Source of the DNA: Nitrospirota bacterium
GTDB taxonomy: Bacteria > Nitrospirota > Thermodesulfovibrionia > Thermodesulfovibrionales > Dissulfurispiraceae
Assembly (NCBI GenBank): GCA_040754455.1
Contig: JBFMCP010000024.1
Span: 1 to 51,227, forward strand
DNA: 51,227 nt
Direction: 5' to 3'
A model generated the notes under the pieces. It had not been told where the DNA came from. It did not search any database and saw only the letters and a list, made by a program, of their open reading frames with translations. This document shows, piece after piece, positions 30,686 to 41,422 of the stretch; the stretch's first letter is position 1; each line of letters begins with the position of its first letter. Made by a program: the position numbers and the translations under genes.

Positions 30686-31702
30686 CTAGCGGATCAGTGG
30701 AGGAAAGCTGCTCTCCCGCTGCATAACCAGTTCATTCAGCCTCGTCATCACGAGGACTTCCCGATCATCCATTACGGTTCGCGGAATGATGACAGTAACT
30801 CCGAAGTCTCCTTTACAGAGATTAACCTCACTGATGTAATCACCATACCCGACAGAGGTGAAAAGAGGACAGTAAATTGCAATTCGCTTTTCCTTGAGAT
30901 ATTTGATCACTTCAGGGATATGGTTCAAGCCTATGGTCAGCAACGCCTTCTTGCTTGTGATGGCCCCGCGTACAAACTCAAGCTCAATGAGCTCGGGAAT
31001 TTTCTGGAGCATGATTGCAGTGCGCCTTTCCTGAAGATAGTCCAACTCCGATTTCAGGAAGGGATCGTTGTTGGCCCCCTGCTCAAGCCTGCGAAGACTA
31101 TCATAGACGGCATCGTAAAGCTCCCTGTCTTCGACCTGGCGCAGTTTCAGATGGTAGTGGTCACTCAGCAGCATTTCTGCAGTGATGTAGCGAGTAGTAT
31201 CGGCGAGCTGCGACTCGAGCGTGGCGATGTCCATACCTGAGCCTGAGGGACCGGGCATTCGTTGTTCGGATCCGGACTTGTGACCGGCTGCTGCTTCACG
31301 CCCCTCACTCCGGACCGCGAAATATCCTTCGGGCAAAAGGAGGTTGAGTCCCTCCTTTTGAACCAACCATTCACCGATCTTGTATGCCTCTGCCTGGGCC
31401 CGCGGCGTCGTGCTCCGGTTGGCGCGGGTCAGGGCATCTCTATGGCTCATGCCGATAATATAGAGATGGCGGGGGCTCGCCTCATTCTGCCGGTAAATGA
31501 TTTCACCATACTCGCTGGGAATGGTGAGCGAACCCGTCTTTTCCTGCAGTATCGAGACGGATGCGTGCTCTGCCGCTGCAGTTGAAGAGTTCATCGCGAC
31601 GATGAGGCAGAGCAGGGAGAGGAGAAAGGCCGCGACACCCGGCACGACGTTTTGTCTGAAACTTCCTTGCAACATGGGGCTGATTATAACGAAAGTGTAC
31701 AA
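30686..31702 (-). CDS. Hypothetical exported protein
   Basis: 338-aa ORF with a signal-peptide-like segment; family not recognised; start uncertain. Confidence 0.6.
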   Translation of the reverse strand: MYTFVIISPMLQGSFRQNVVPGVAAFLLSLLCLIVAMNSSTAAAEHASVSILQEKTGSLTIPSEYGEIIYRQNEASPRHLYIIGMSHRDALTRANRSTTPRAQAEAYKIGEWLVQKEGLNLLLPEGYFAVRSEGREAAAGHKSGSEQRMPGPSGSGMDIATLESQLADTTRYITAEMLLSDHYHLKLRQVEDRELYDAVYDSLRRLEQGANNDPFLKSELDYLQERRTAIMLQKIPELIELEFVRGAITSKKALLTIGLNHIPEVIKYLKEKRIAIYCPLFTSVGYGDYISEVNLCKGDFGVTVIIPRTVMDDREVLVMTRLNELVMQRESSFPPLIR

Positions 31703-31823
31703 ACCACGTCAAACAAAGTCCGGAAGCTGTGCAGCGTCCAGAATAAAAATTATTTTTGTTTGACAAAGGATTTGCTTTTTATTTAACATGTTTATTCATT
31801 CTTGCATCATGTAACGAGGTCCG

Positions 31824-32693
31824 ATGTATTTTCAGGATTTGATCGCACAATTAAATGACTTCTGGTCGAAGAGAGGCTGCATTCTGCTTCAGCCCTACGA
31901 TACCGAAGTTGGTGCAGGGACCTTTCACCCTGCCACATTTTTCAGGGTGCTGGGTCCGGAGCCGTGGAGGACTGCCTACGTCGAACCCTGCAGACGTCCC
32001 ACCGACGGCAGATACGGAGAGAACCCCAACCGTCTGCAGCACTACTACCAGTACCAGGTCATTCTGAAACCATCTCCCCTCGAGAGCCAGGAACTTTACC
32101 TCGAGAGCATGGCGCATATCGGCATCGACCCGATCCGGCATGATATCCGTTTTGTCGAGGATGACTGGGAATCACCCACCCTTGGCGCCTGGGGATTGGG
32201 GTGGGAGGTCTGGCTCGACGGCATGGAGATCACCCAATTCACCTATTTCCAGCAGGTCGGTGGCATCGACCTTAAGCCAGTCTCCGTTGAATTAACCTAC
32301 GGACTCGAGAGGATCGCCATGTATCTTCAGGAGATCGACAATGTATACGAAATAGAGTGGTGCAGAGGGATAAAGTACGGAGAGATTCATAAGCAGAGCG
32401 AGATCGAGGGCTCCAGGTTCAATTTCGATTATTCCAATCCCGATCTCCTCATGAAGCAGTTCGATGCGTACGAGAAAGAGGCCAAGCGGCTCAATGAGGC
32501 AGGTCTGGTCCTCCCCGCTTATGAATACTGTCTTAAATGCTCGCATACCTTTAACCTGCTCGATGCCCGGGGCGTGATTTCAGTCAACGAACGGACCGGG
32601 TACATTGCCCGCGTACGGGCGCTTGCGAAGCTCTCTGCCGAGGCATTCTTAAAGCAGAGAGAGGAAAAGGGTTTTCCCCTTCTATCGAGGTAA
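31824..32693 (+). CDS. glyQ: Glycine--tRNA ligase alpha subunit
   Basis: [49 protein letters not shown]. Confidence 0.98.
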   Translation: MYFQDLIAQLNDFWSKRGCILLQPYDTEVGAGTFHPATFFRVLGPEPWRTAYVEPCRRPTDGRYGENPNRLQHYYQYQVILKPSPLESQELYLESMAHIGIDPIRHDIRFVEDDWESPTLGAWGLGWEVWLDGMEITQFTYFQQVGGIDLKPVSVELTYGLERIAMYLQEIDNVYEIEWCRGIKYGEIHKQSEIEGSRFNFDYSNPDLLMKQFDAYEKEAKRLNEAGLVLPAYEYCLKCSHTFNLLDARGVISVNERTGYIARVRALAKLSAEAFLKQREEKGFPLLSR

Positions 32694-34795
32694 TGACGAT
32701 GGCGAGAGCAACCACCATAGAGACAACATCATCTGCGTCCCCCGTCCTCCTGCTCGAGATCGGCACCGAGGAGATTCCGGCGCGCTTTCTCCCCGATGCT
32801 CTCAACAAATTAAAGGAAAACGCAGAGAGGATATTCTCCGGGCACCGCATTGCAGTATCGTCGGTACGGACCTATGCAACTCCCCGGAGGCTTGCGCTGC
32901 TCGCTGAAGTGAGTGCAATGCAGCAGGCCTCGGAACGGGAGGTCTGGGGACCGCCGGTGAATGCAGCGTTCGACCAGCAGGGCAATCCGACAAAAGCTGC
33001 TGAGGCTTTTGCCAGAACAAACAACATTGCCGTCGCTGATCTGGTGAGAAAGGAAAAAGGGAAAGGCAGCTATATCGTCGCGCTGATCAGGGAGACGGCA
33101 CAGCACACGGAAGCATTGTTGCCCGGCATCCTTACCGAGTTGATCGCCTCGCTGCATTTTCCCAAATCCATGAGATGGGGCAATGGAAATTTCAGGTTCG
33201 CCCGTCCGATCCACTGGATTCTGGCGACCTATGACAACCGAAAAGTTTCGTTTGAAATCGACGGCATCAAGAGCATCACCACCACCCGCGGCCACCGCTT
33301 CTTGGCGCCTGCCGCCTTCGAGATCAAAGATAACAAGACCTACATGAGCCTCTTACGGAACAGTTTCGTCATCATCGATCCTGAAGAACGGAAAAGGCTC
33401 ATTGTCGAGGGCTCACAAAAACTTGCCGCTTCGGCAAAGGCCTCACTCGTCGAGGATGAGGACCTCCTCCAGCATGTCACCTTCCTCGTCGAGTTTCCGG
33501 TCCCCGTACTGGGGAGCTTCCCCAAAGAGTACCTGTCGCTGCCCAAAGAGCTTCTTATCACCGTTATGAAAGGCCATCAGAAATATTTTGCCCTCGAAGA
33601 TAAGAAAGGCACTCTGGTGAACTACTTCATCATCACGAGCAACACCAAGGAAAACAACTCGGCGACGGTGAAGAAAGGTGCGGAAAAGGTCCTGAAAGCG
33701 CGTTTCGAAGATGCACGTTTTTATTATGAAGAAGACAAAAAGGTACCCCTGAAAGAGCGCCTGGAAGGTTTGAAAAAGGTCATCTACCACGATAAGCTCG
33801 GGACCATCTACGAGAAGAGCCAGCGTACCGCCGCCCTGGCCGATTTCCTCGCCAGGAAGTGCTGCCCATCGAAAAAGGAGGCTGTTCACACTGCCGCCCT
33901 CCTCTCGAAAACCGATCTCATTTCCGGAGTGGTACGGGAGTTCCCCGAACTCCAGGGAATCATGGGCGGTTACTATGCGGCGCATGAAGGATACGGTGAG
34001 GAAGTTGCAACGGCGATATCAGAACAGTATCTCCCGGTTGCATCGGGAGGGGCGCTGCCCGCAACCGACACCGGTGCCGTCGTCAGTCTCTCCGATAAAT
34101 TGGACAATGTCGTCTCGTTCTTTACGATAGGGCTCTCGCCGACTGGTTCTGAAGACCCCTTTGCCCTGAGACGGCAGGCACTCGGGAGTATCGCGATCCT
34201 TCTGGATAAAAAATATAATCTTACCCTTTCGGAAGTACTCGATGCAGCATTGCGGCCCTACGCGCTCCCGGATAAGGATAAAGAAGCGGTGATGAACGAG
34301 CTGGTCAGGTTCTTCGAGCAGCGCCTGGAACCGCTCTTCCAGTCACAGGGCTACCCGCTCGATGCAATTGCCGCAGTGATGAGGTTTGTGAAAGATCAGC
34401 CGCTGCACACCGTAAAAGAACGCCTCGATGCTCTCGAGGCATTCAAGAAAGAGACCGAGTACGAGTCCTTTCTCACGGCGATAAAGCGGGTCAACAATAT
34501 TGCGCCGAAAGAGGGGGAATGGCCGGTCGACAAGGGGCTCTTTTCACAGTACGACGAGACCGTGCTTCACAAAGAGGTGGAATCGATCGCTCCTCAGATC
34601 CGTTCCCTGGTAACGGAGGGCCGCTTCCTCGACGCTCTCAGGCTGCTCCTCGTCCTGCGGGAGCCGATCAACCGGTTCTTCGACAATGTTCTTATCATGG
34701 ACAAGGACGAACAGGTCAAGAAGAACCGTCTTGCTCTCGTCAAGAGTATACAGGCGCTCTCTCTTCAGATTGCCGATCTCTCGAAACTGGGCTGA
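32693..34795 (+). CDS. glyS: Glycine--tRNA ligase beta subunit
   Basis: LLEIGTEEIP, TPRRLA, FPKSMRWG, EFPELQGIMG, PTGSEDPFALRR, FFDNV...NRL. Confidence 0.97.
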   Translation: MTMARATTIETTSSASPVLLLEIGTEEIPARFLPDALNKLKENAERIFSGHRIAVSSVRTYATPRRLALLAEVSAMQQASEREVWGPPVNAAFDQQGNPTKAAEAFARTNNIAVADLVRKEKGKGSYIVALIRETAQHTEALLPGILTELIASLHFPKSMRWGNGNFRFARPIHWILATYDNRKVSFEIDGIKSITTTRGHRFLAPAAFEIKDNKTYMSLLRNSFVIIDPEERKRLIVEGSQKLAASAKASLVEDEDLLQHVTFLVEFPVPVLGSFPKEYLSLPKELLITVMKGHQKYFALEDKKGTLVNYFIITSNTKENNSATVKKGAEKVLKARFEDARFYYEEDKKVPLKERLEGLKKVIYHDKLGTIYEKSQRTAALADFLARKCCPSKKEAVHTAALLSKTDLISGVVREFPELQGIMGGYYAAHEGYGEEVATAISEQYLPVASGGALPATDTGAVVSLSDKLDNVVSFFTIGLSPTGSEDPFALRRQALGSIAILLDKKYNLTLSEVLDAALRPYALPDKDKEAVMNELVRFFEQRLEPLFQSQGYPLDAIAAVMRFVKDQPLHTVKERLDALEAFKKETEYESFLTAIKRVNNIAPKEGEWPVDKGLFSQYDETVLHKEVESIAPQIRSLVTEGRFLDALRLLLVLREPINRFFDNVLIMDKDEQVKKNRLALVKSIQALSLQIADLSKLG

Positions 34796-34950
34796 CATCG
34801 CCGGACAGGATACTGCGACGCCAGAGCCCCTCTTTTCCCTTTGCTCCCCTGCCGTCCTTATGGAAAGGCACGTTCCAAAGTCCGACGAAAAAACATGATA
34901 TAATTTTTCTTATAAGCCTTCTTTTCCCATACGCCGAGGGAGGTAGAGCA

Positions 34951-35322
34951 ATGAAACTTTCCGAATATTTCAAGAAACCCGGCAGAGGTGCTCTTGCTAC
35001 GGCCAGCGCCGACGGCAGGACCAATATCGCCCTCTACGCAGAGCCGCATTTCATAGACGAGGAGACTGTGGTCTGGGGCATTATCGACGGACGCACCTAT
35101 ACCAACCTGAAGGAGAACCCCCATGCATCGTATCTCTATGTGACATCGGGCGACGGCCTCTCGGGCGTCAGGCTCAACCTCACCCTCACCAGGCTGGAGG
35201 ACTCGGGTGAAATGCTCGGCAGGATAAAAAGTGATACCGCCAAACGGGTAAGTCAGGAGGCGGCATCATTGGTGAAGCATGTCGGCTATTTCAAAGTTGC
35301 CGAGCTCAGGCCGCTGACGTAA
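34951..35322 (+). CDS. Pyridoxamine 5'-phosphate oxidase-like (split-barrel) protein
   Basis: Start MKLSEYF after GGAGG; LATASADGRTN...TYTNLKENPHA...RPL. The longer ORF-track N-terminus overlaps glyS. Confidence 0.8.
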   Translation: MKLSEYFKKPGRGALATASADGRTNIALYAEPHFIDEETVVWGIIDGRTYTNLKENPHASYLYVTSGDGLSGVRLNLTLTRLEDSGEMLGRIKSDTAKRVSQEAASLVKHVGYFKVAELRPLT

Positions 35323-35377
35323 AACATAGAGCAAAGGCATGGGGTTTTGTTAAAAACATAAACCTCACTACTCCATT

Positions 35378-36763
35378 CTATAACCCGATGGTCTGAGGCG
35401 CTCTCGGGCAGGGGATTACGTCGCGTATGTTGGTCATTCCGGTAATGTACTGCACCAAGCGCTCGAAGCCCAGCCCGAATCCCGCATGGGGTGCAGAGCC
35501 GAACCTGCGGAGGTCGAGATACCACTGCAAGTTGTCCGTGGGGACTCCCGCCTGCTGCATCTTCTCTTCCAGCACCTCAAGGCGCTCTTCACGCTGGCTT
35601 CCGCCGATAATCTCCCCGATCCGGGGAGCAAGAACATCCATGGCAGCGACTGTTTTTCCATCAGGATTGAGCCGCATGTAGAACGCCTTTATCCCTCCCG
35701 GATAATCCGTCACAATGACCGGCCGCTTGAACACTCTGTCCGTCAGATAGCGCTCGTGCTCGGATTGCAGATCGAGCCCCCATTCGACGGGAAATTCGAA
35801 CTTTTCACCGGCGTTCTTCAATGCTCCTATCGCATCGGTATAGGTGATATGGGCAAAAGGCGTCTCCGCCAGGGCTTTGAGCTCAGCCAGAGATATTGTC
35901 TTATACTGCTTTTCGAGAAAGGCGAGTTCCCTTTCACCCGTCTCCAGAACCCTTTTGAAAAGAAAACGTAAAAAGTCTTCGGCCAGCTGCATGGCATCAC
36001 TGAGGTCGGCAAAGGCCATTTCGGGCTCGATCATCCAGAACTCGGAAAGGTGGCGGGAGGTATTCGAATTCTCCGCCCTGAAGGTCGGTCCGAAGGTATA
36101 GACGTTGCCCAGAGACAGGGCGAGGAACTCTGCCTCGAGCTGTCCGCTCACTGTCAAATAGGCGCGCCTGCCGAAAAAGTCCTGAGTGAAATCGATGCCG
36201 TTATCACCCCTCGGCGGATTCTCAAGATCGAGACTGGTCACGGTAAAGAGCTCGCCTGCCCCTTCGCAGTCACTCGAGGTGATGATAGGCGTATGGACCC
36301 AGGCAAACCCCCTGCTCTGGAAGAACTCATGAACTGCCGCAGCGAGAATATTGCGCACTCTGAAGACTGCCCCGAAGGTGTTCGTTCTCGACCTGAGGTG
36401 GCCGATCTCCCGGAGGAATTCGAGCGTATGCCCTTTCTTCTGCAGAGGATACGCCTCGGGGTCAGCGCTGCCGAAGACCTCGATTTCCGCAACCTCCACT
36501 TCTACGCTCTGGCCCTTTCCCGGAGACTCCTTGAGCGTCCCTGTTGCCCTTATCGCCGCTCCTGTTGTGCATCGCGGCAGTTCTCCAAAGGCCGGTGACT
36601 CACCCGAGACTATAAGTTGAAGCGTGTCCTGCGTTGACCCGTCGTTCAGCGCAATGAAGGCAAATCCCTTTGACTCCCGCTTCGTCCTTACCCATCCGCA
36701 GACCGTGACGGGCTGCCCTACCGTACCGTTGTACAGTACATCCTTTATAAGCAAACGTTCCAC
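35378..36763 (-). CDS. asnS: Asparagine--tRNA ligase
   Basis: [61 protein letters not shown]. Confidence 0.97.
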   Translation of the reverse strand: MERLLIKDVLYNGTVGQPVTVCGWVRTKRESKGFAFIALNDGSTQDTLQLIVSGESPAFGELPRCTTGAAIRATGTLKESPGKGQSVEVEVAEIEVFGSADPEAYPLQKKGHTLEFLREIGHLRSRTNTFGAVFRVRNILAAAVHEFFQSRGFAWVHTPIITSSDCEGAGELFTVTSLDLENPPRGDNGIDFTQDFFGRRAYLTVSGQLEAEFLALSLGNVYTFGPTFRAENSNTSRHLSEFWMIEPEMAFADLSDAMQLAEDFLRFLFKRVLETGERELAFLEKQYKTISLAELKALAETPFAHITYTDAIGALKNAGEKFEFPVEWGLDLQSEHERYLTDRVFKRPVIVTDYPGGIKAFYMRLNPDGKTVAAMDVLAPRIGEIIGGSQREERLEVLEEKMQQAGVPTDNLQWYLDLRRFGSAPHAGFGLGFERLVQYITGMTNIRDVIPCPRAPQTIGL

Positions 36764-37007
36764 AGTAACCTCCTTAATGCTAACCGTTTTTCACCTTTGA
36801 AGCAGCGGGGCCATACGTAATTGTGCATTCTTCCGCTGCTACAGAATAATGTACAACTATTATTTTACCTCATCTATTTTCATTAATTAAAACGCGGAGG
36901 AAGAAGGAGAGGAGTGGATAGGAAGCAAGATAAAAGAGTTCGAGGGAGGGCATCTACCCTCCCCTCTGCGGCAGTGTTATGCCTTTTGGATCTTTCCGGG
37001 GGTCATG

Positions 37008-37340
37008 CTAAAAATCAGGGAACATCTTTATATCGAGCTCTTTTCCCTCGACTGTTGCAGCCTTGGCAGCGAGAATGCCGCCCTCAATGTAGGTGAGATG
37101 AAAATTTCTGAATCCCTCGGCAACAAAGTCCATAGCATCAGCGGGACAGCCGCCCTCGCACCCTGCAATTCCCTTCACCATCCGGGGAATGAGACCGTGT
37201 ACGTTCAATCCTTCCAGCGTGGCTCCCTTTGATGCCACAAAGGCCTCGATCTTTTGTACTATGCCGCCAATATCCAGATGGAAGGGATTTTCGATAGGGA
37301 TGGACAGGGAATCTTTGTCCATGCGCACATCGATTTCCAT
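37008..37340 (-). CDS. Hypothetical protein with CEGGC motif
   Basis: 110-aa ORF with a strong AGGAGG RBS; contains GIAGCEGGCPADA. Confidence 0.7.
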   Translation of the reverse strand: MEIDVRMDKDSLSIPIENPFHLDIGGIVQKIEAFVASKGATLEGLNVHGLIPRMVKGIAGCEGGCPADAMDFVAEGFRNFHLTYIEGGILAAKAATVEGKELDIKMFPDF

Positions 37341-37509
37341 TGCCTCACTACCTCCTTTTGCTTATAAGATAGACAATAGCCAGCGGCACGGAAAGTCCGA
37401 ATCACTCATTAAAGATTATCATTGTACCCGATTCACTGCAAATAAGCAACGGCCGCCGACACGGTGTGTCAAGCCAATTTAGAAATGTTGTATAAGGAGG
37501 AGATTCATT

Positions 37510-37875
37510 ATGGCCCATCCGGTAATGAACAGAATGGATGTCGAAATGCAGCAGTGCATTGCCGATTGTAATGCCTGCCACACTATTTGTACCGAGGCGG
37601 TACATCACTGCCTGAGCACGGGCGGAAGGCACGCTGAGCATGCTCACATTGTGCTGCTCCTCGATTGTGCGGATATGTGCGGTCTCAGTGCCGACAGCAT
37701 GCTGAGGGGCTCAGAATTCAACACCGGGTTTTGTACTATCTGTGCCGAGGTATGCAATCGCTGCGCCGCCAGCTGCTTACAGTTCGTCGATGATGAGCAG
37801 ATGAGGGCGTGCGGAGAAATGTGCCATCGCTGTGCCGAATCATGCCGCCAGATGGTGAAGATGATGAATATGTAA
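37510..37875 (+). CDS. Four-helix-bundle copper-storage protein (Csp3/DUF326-like)
   Basis: Repeated CxxxC/CxxC motifs (CIADCNACHTIC, LDCADMC, CAEVCNRCAASC, CHRCAESC), no signal peptide, AGGAGG RBS. Confidence 0.9.
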   Translation: MAHPVMNRMDVEMQQCIADCNACHTICTEAVHHCLSTGGRHAEHAHIVLLLDCADMCGLSADSMLRGSEFNTGFCTICAEVCNRCAASCLQFVDDEQMRACGEMCHRCAESCRQMVKMMNM

Positions 37876-37892
37876 TGTGGATCGAAGGGAAT

Positions 37893-38435
37893 CTATTCGA
37901 GAAACATTCCCATGTATACTTCATCGATATAATTCTTCCCGACACGGATCTGTTTTCTCCTGGTGCCGTCTTCGACAAAGCCCGCCTTGCTGAAGAGATT
38001 AAGAGAGCGTTTATTGGTGGTAAAGATACTTGCCTCAAGCTTCTTGAATCCCTTCTCCCTCGCCCATTCGATAGTATACTGCAGCATCCGGGTGCCGATG
38101 CCGAGCCCCCGGAAATCCTTCATTAAATGGAGCCCTATGTTCAGGATGTGTGCCGTGTGGGGCCGGTGTCCCCCGTCCGACTGGAGTGCGGCGAGGCTCC
38201 CGACTACTGCTCCATTAACAACAGCGACCAGCAGGAGGTTGTGCCGGCGATCCATATCCCGTATATAGGCCTCTTCCGCCTCGGCGTTTTTGCCGAAGGT
38301 CTCCATAAGAACATAGCTCCGCTCCAGCGATGTGGACCGCACTGTCTTGATAATCTCACCGGCGTCATCAGGCAACGCAGGCCTGAGTGTGACCTCCGCA
38401 TTATTTTTTGCCGTAAATGTCTGCACTTCCTGCAT
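37893..38435 (-). CDS. GNAT family N-acetyltransferase
   Basis: FRGLGIG acetyl-CoA motif and NKRSLNLFSKAGF. Confidence 0.88.
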   Translation of the reverse strand: MQEVQTFTAKNNAEVTLRPALPDDAGEIIKTVRSTSLERSYVLMETFGKNAEAEEAYIRDMDRRHNLLLVAVVNGAVVGSLAALQSDGGHRPHTAHILNIGLHLMKDFRGLGIGTRMLQYTIEWAREKGFKKLEASIFTTNKRSLNLFSKAGFVEDGTRRKQIRVGKNYIDEVYMGMFLE

Positions 38436-38770
38436 AGTTCCCCCAACGTACTACTTTCTCTGATTATATCTCCTGCCTGGACGAGCATCAATACATCCCG
38501 GCAAACCCAACAGCACGGCATGGATGCCGATCCCCTCCTCTTTACACTCATACTCTACAACCGGAAGTAGAGCGCATGTCAAGCACAATCTCGAAGAGGA
38601 CCAATAGAACCAAATGAATTCACGAAACCGATGGAGCAAACGGAACTGATCAAGGGAGGCATTTCAGTTGATTTTTTATTTTGTTCTGCTATGATTGTTT
38701 TAAGAATCTGTAGAAGAGGCCTTTCACGCCTGCATGACATACCGGGAGATCACTATCCGGACAACAGCAT

Positions 38771-39370
38771 ATGTGTGCAAAGCACGCCCCACGACATAAG
38801 GTCTCACGGCGCTTCGGCGTCGATATCTACGGGACAGGCGGCCCCTCGCTCCAACGGCGCATCGCGGTGCCACCCGGCGGTCTGCGCGCCAAAAAGGGAA
38901 AGGTGTCCGATTATGCCCTTCAGCTCATCGAGAAGCAAAAGCTGAAGGCATTGTACGGTATACGTGAAAAACAGTTCCGCCGCTACTTCGATAGGGCCCA
39001 GCATTCCGGCGAACCGACGGGCCGGGCGCTTATTCAGCTCCTGGAGCAGCGCCTCGACAATGTCATCTACCGTCTCGGCTTTGCGAGGACACGTCTGATG
39101 GCACGGCAGCTCGTCAGCCATGGCCACGTGCTTGTCAACGGCAAACGCGTTACCATACCCTCCTTGCTCGTCGCTCAGGGTGACAGGATCGCCCTTACTG
39201 CCCAGGCGCTGCAGATACCCGATGTGCAGGCAGAGATGGAGTGGCGACATCCTACGGTATCCTGGCTCCGCCGTGATGACGGCAATGGTGAAGTGACCGC
39301 TCTCCCCAGCCGGGATGAGGTCGATCCTGAGATCAACGAAGCCCTCGTGGTGGAGTTCTATTCACGGTAG
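38771..39370 (+). CDS. rpsD: 30S ribosomal protein S4, stand-alone zinc-free type
   Basis: SDYALQLIEKQKLK, LEQRLDNVIYRLGFA, ARQLVSHGHVLVNG, INEALVVEFYSR. Confidence 0.93.
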   Translation: MCAKHAPRHKVSRRFGVDIYGTGGPSLQRRIAVPPGGLRAKKGKVSDYALQLIEKQKLKALYGIREKQFRRYFDRAQHSGEPTGRALIQLLEQRLDNVIYRLGFARTRLMARQLVSHGHVLVNGKRVTIPSLLVAQGDRIALTAQALQIPDVQAEMEWRHPTVSWLRRDDGNGEVTALPSRDEVDPEINEALVVEFYSR

Positions 39371-39372
39371 AC

Positions 39373-41136
39373 ATGACGATTCCGAAAAGAAATATCGTTA
39401 TAATTTCCATTATTGCGTTGATGGTCGTTTCGGGAACCCTCATCTACACATACTTCCTCATTCCTGATCTTGACACAAACACCGACTACGTGCTCCACAT
39501 CCATTCTGATGAGGGGGAAAGCATCGCAGAGATCTATCGCGAGCGGCGGTATTTCATCCCGCATCACAAAATACCCGATCATGTGATGAAGGCTTTTATT
39601 GCGATTGAAGACCGCAGGTTCTATGCGCATAACGGTTTTGATATCAAGGGAATACTACGGGCACTACACAGGAACATTGCTGCAGGCACTGTTGTTGAAG
39701 GCGGAAGCACCATCACCCAGCAGCTCGCAAAACTGCTCCTGAAGAATCATGAACGGAGGATTTCGAGAAAGATCAAAGAGATGTTCCTCACCGCCCGCCT
39801 TGAATTGACACAGAGCAAAAACGAGATACTCGGCATGTACCTTAATCTTGCATATTTTGGGGAGCGGGCATACGGTATCGAGGCCGCAGCACGCACCTAC
39901 TTCAATAAGTCCACGGACAGGCTCACCATAGCCGAAGCTGCGCTCCTTGCCGCACTCCAGAAGGCGCCGAACCGCTATTCGCCCATCAGGAACACCATAA
40001 GGGCGGAGGCCCGCAGGAAGATCGTCCTTAACCTGATGAAGGCCTATGGTTTCATAACAAAAGAAGAGTATGATGCGGCCCTTGAGGAGCCGTTGCCGCG
40101 GAAAATCTACGTTCATCGGCGTTATGAGGCACCGTATTTCGCAGAGCTTCTCCGGCAGCAACTCGGCAGAAAGTATGGGGCTCACCTCTACACCAGCGGG
40201 TTCCATGTCTATTCGACCATTGACACAGCATTGCAGTCAGCGGCTGAGCAGGCGGTGCGCAAGGGAGTGCGCGACATAGAGATGCGGACAAAGCGGGGGG
40301 TACAGGCAGCGCTCGTTGCCATTGATATGCACACTGGCGCTATTAAGGCAATGGTAGGCGGGACCGATTTCAAAACGACCCAGTTCAACCGTGCAACCAT
40401 GGCGCTGAGACAGCCGGGCTCCGCCTTTAAGCCGTTTGTGTATGCTGCTGCTCTTGAACGGGGAATGTCGTGTACCGACCGCGTGCTCGATATTCCCATA
40501 AGCCTTCCGGATCCCGACAAGGGTGGCATGTGGTCGCCGAAGAACCACAGTTGGGCATACTACGGCAACGTCACCCTCAAAACCGCGCTCTCGCTCTCGC
40601 TCAATGCCGCGACCGTGCGTCTCGCCCATGACATCGGTATGGAGAGTGTCTGCGAAACAGCAATGCGCTGCGGCATACGCTCAACACTCAGACCCCGACC
40701 TTCTGCAGCGCTCGGGACCTATGAGGTGACGCTCCTCGATCTAACCGCCTCCTACATTGCCCTGGCAACCGGCAAAAAAATAGTGCCTTTGACCTACACC
40801 ATCATCACCGACAGGAACGGAAAAGTGATCGAGCGAACAAAGCCATTGTCGCAACAGGTGTTTCCGGAGCATGTCGTTAAGCAGATGAAAGTGCTCCTCC
40901 GCGCTGTCGTCGAATCAGGGACCGGCGGAAAGGCCCTTTCCGTACAGAGAACCGTTTACGGAAAAACCGGTACCACCGACGATGCTTCCGATGCATGGTT
41001 CATCGGTTTTGACGATACTATGGCGGTCGGAGTTTGGGTGGGGAGAGACGATCACACCACCATAGGATACTATGAGTCAGGATCCGAGACTGCCCTTCCC
41101 ATCTGGGTAGATTTCATGAGAAAGGTAAAACACTAG
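39373..41136 (+). CDS. PBP1A-family penicillin-binding protein
   Basis: Transglycosylase motifs EDRRFY, GGSTITQQLAK, RKIKE, YLN; transpeptidase motifs SAFK, SLN, KTGT. Confidence 0.93.
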   Translation: MTIPKRNIVIISIIALMVVSGTLIYTYFLIPDLDTNTDYVLHIHSDEGESIAEIYRERRYFIPHHKIPDHVMKAFIAIEDRRFYAHNGFDIKGILRALHRNIAAGTVVEGGSTITQQLAKLLLKNHERRISRKIKEMFLTARLELTQSKNEILGMYLNLAYFGERAYGIEAAARTYFNKSTDRLTIAEAALLAALQKAPNRYSPIRNTIRAEARRKIVLNLMKAYGFITKEEYDAALEEPLPRKIYVHRRYEAPYFAELLRQQLGRKYGAHLYTSGFHVYSTIDTALQSAAEQAVRKGVRDIEMRTKRGVQAALVAIDMHTGAIKAMVGGTDFKTTQFNRATMALRQPGSAFKPFVYAAALERGMSCTDRVLDIPISLPDPDKGGMWSPKNHSWAYYGNVTLKTALSLSLNAATVRLAHDIGMESVCETAMRCGIRSTLRPRPSAALGTYEVTLLDLTASYIALATGKKIVPLTYTIITDRNGKVIERTKPLSQQVFPEHVVKQMKVLLRAVVESGTGGKALSVQRTVYGKTGTTDDASDAWFIGFDDTMAVGVWVGRDDHTTIGYYESGSETALPIWVDFMRKVKH

Positions 41137-41145
41137 GATGCGCTT

Positions 41146-41331
41146 ATGAGCCAGTTTATAAAAGTCTTGCGGCCGGATATCGGCGATATCCATATCAATT
41201 TCGACCAGATCACCTATGTCCATATCCAGGAAAACGGTGTGGTCATGGTCCATTTCGTCGGCGGCTCATCAGTGCCGCTGAGCGTCAACAACCCCGGCGT
41301 TCAGGAGCTGATGACGAGGCTGTTACGATAG
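41146..41331 (+). CDS. Small hypothetical protein
   Basis: 61-aa ORF just after PBP1A on the same strand, with a beta-rich pattern (HINFDQITYV). Confidence 0.55.
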   Translation: MSQFIKVLRPDIGDIHINFDQITYVHIQENGVVMVHFVGGSSVPLSVNNPGVQELMTRLLR

Positions 41332-41422
41332 GATACACCTCCATCCCTGCCTTTAGCACGATCTCTTCCGTGTCATTCCACGCAAAAAGCTGCTATAATT
41401 TCTGTTCAACAGCAACACGGCT

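Noticed and set aside
34519..34950. N-terminal extension of the 267-aa ORF 34519-35322
   Set aside because: It overlaps glyS out of frame; the ATG at 34951 has a GGAGG RBS and begins the recognisable domain.
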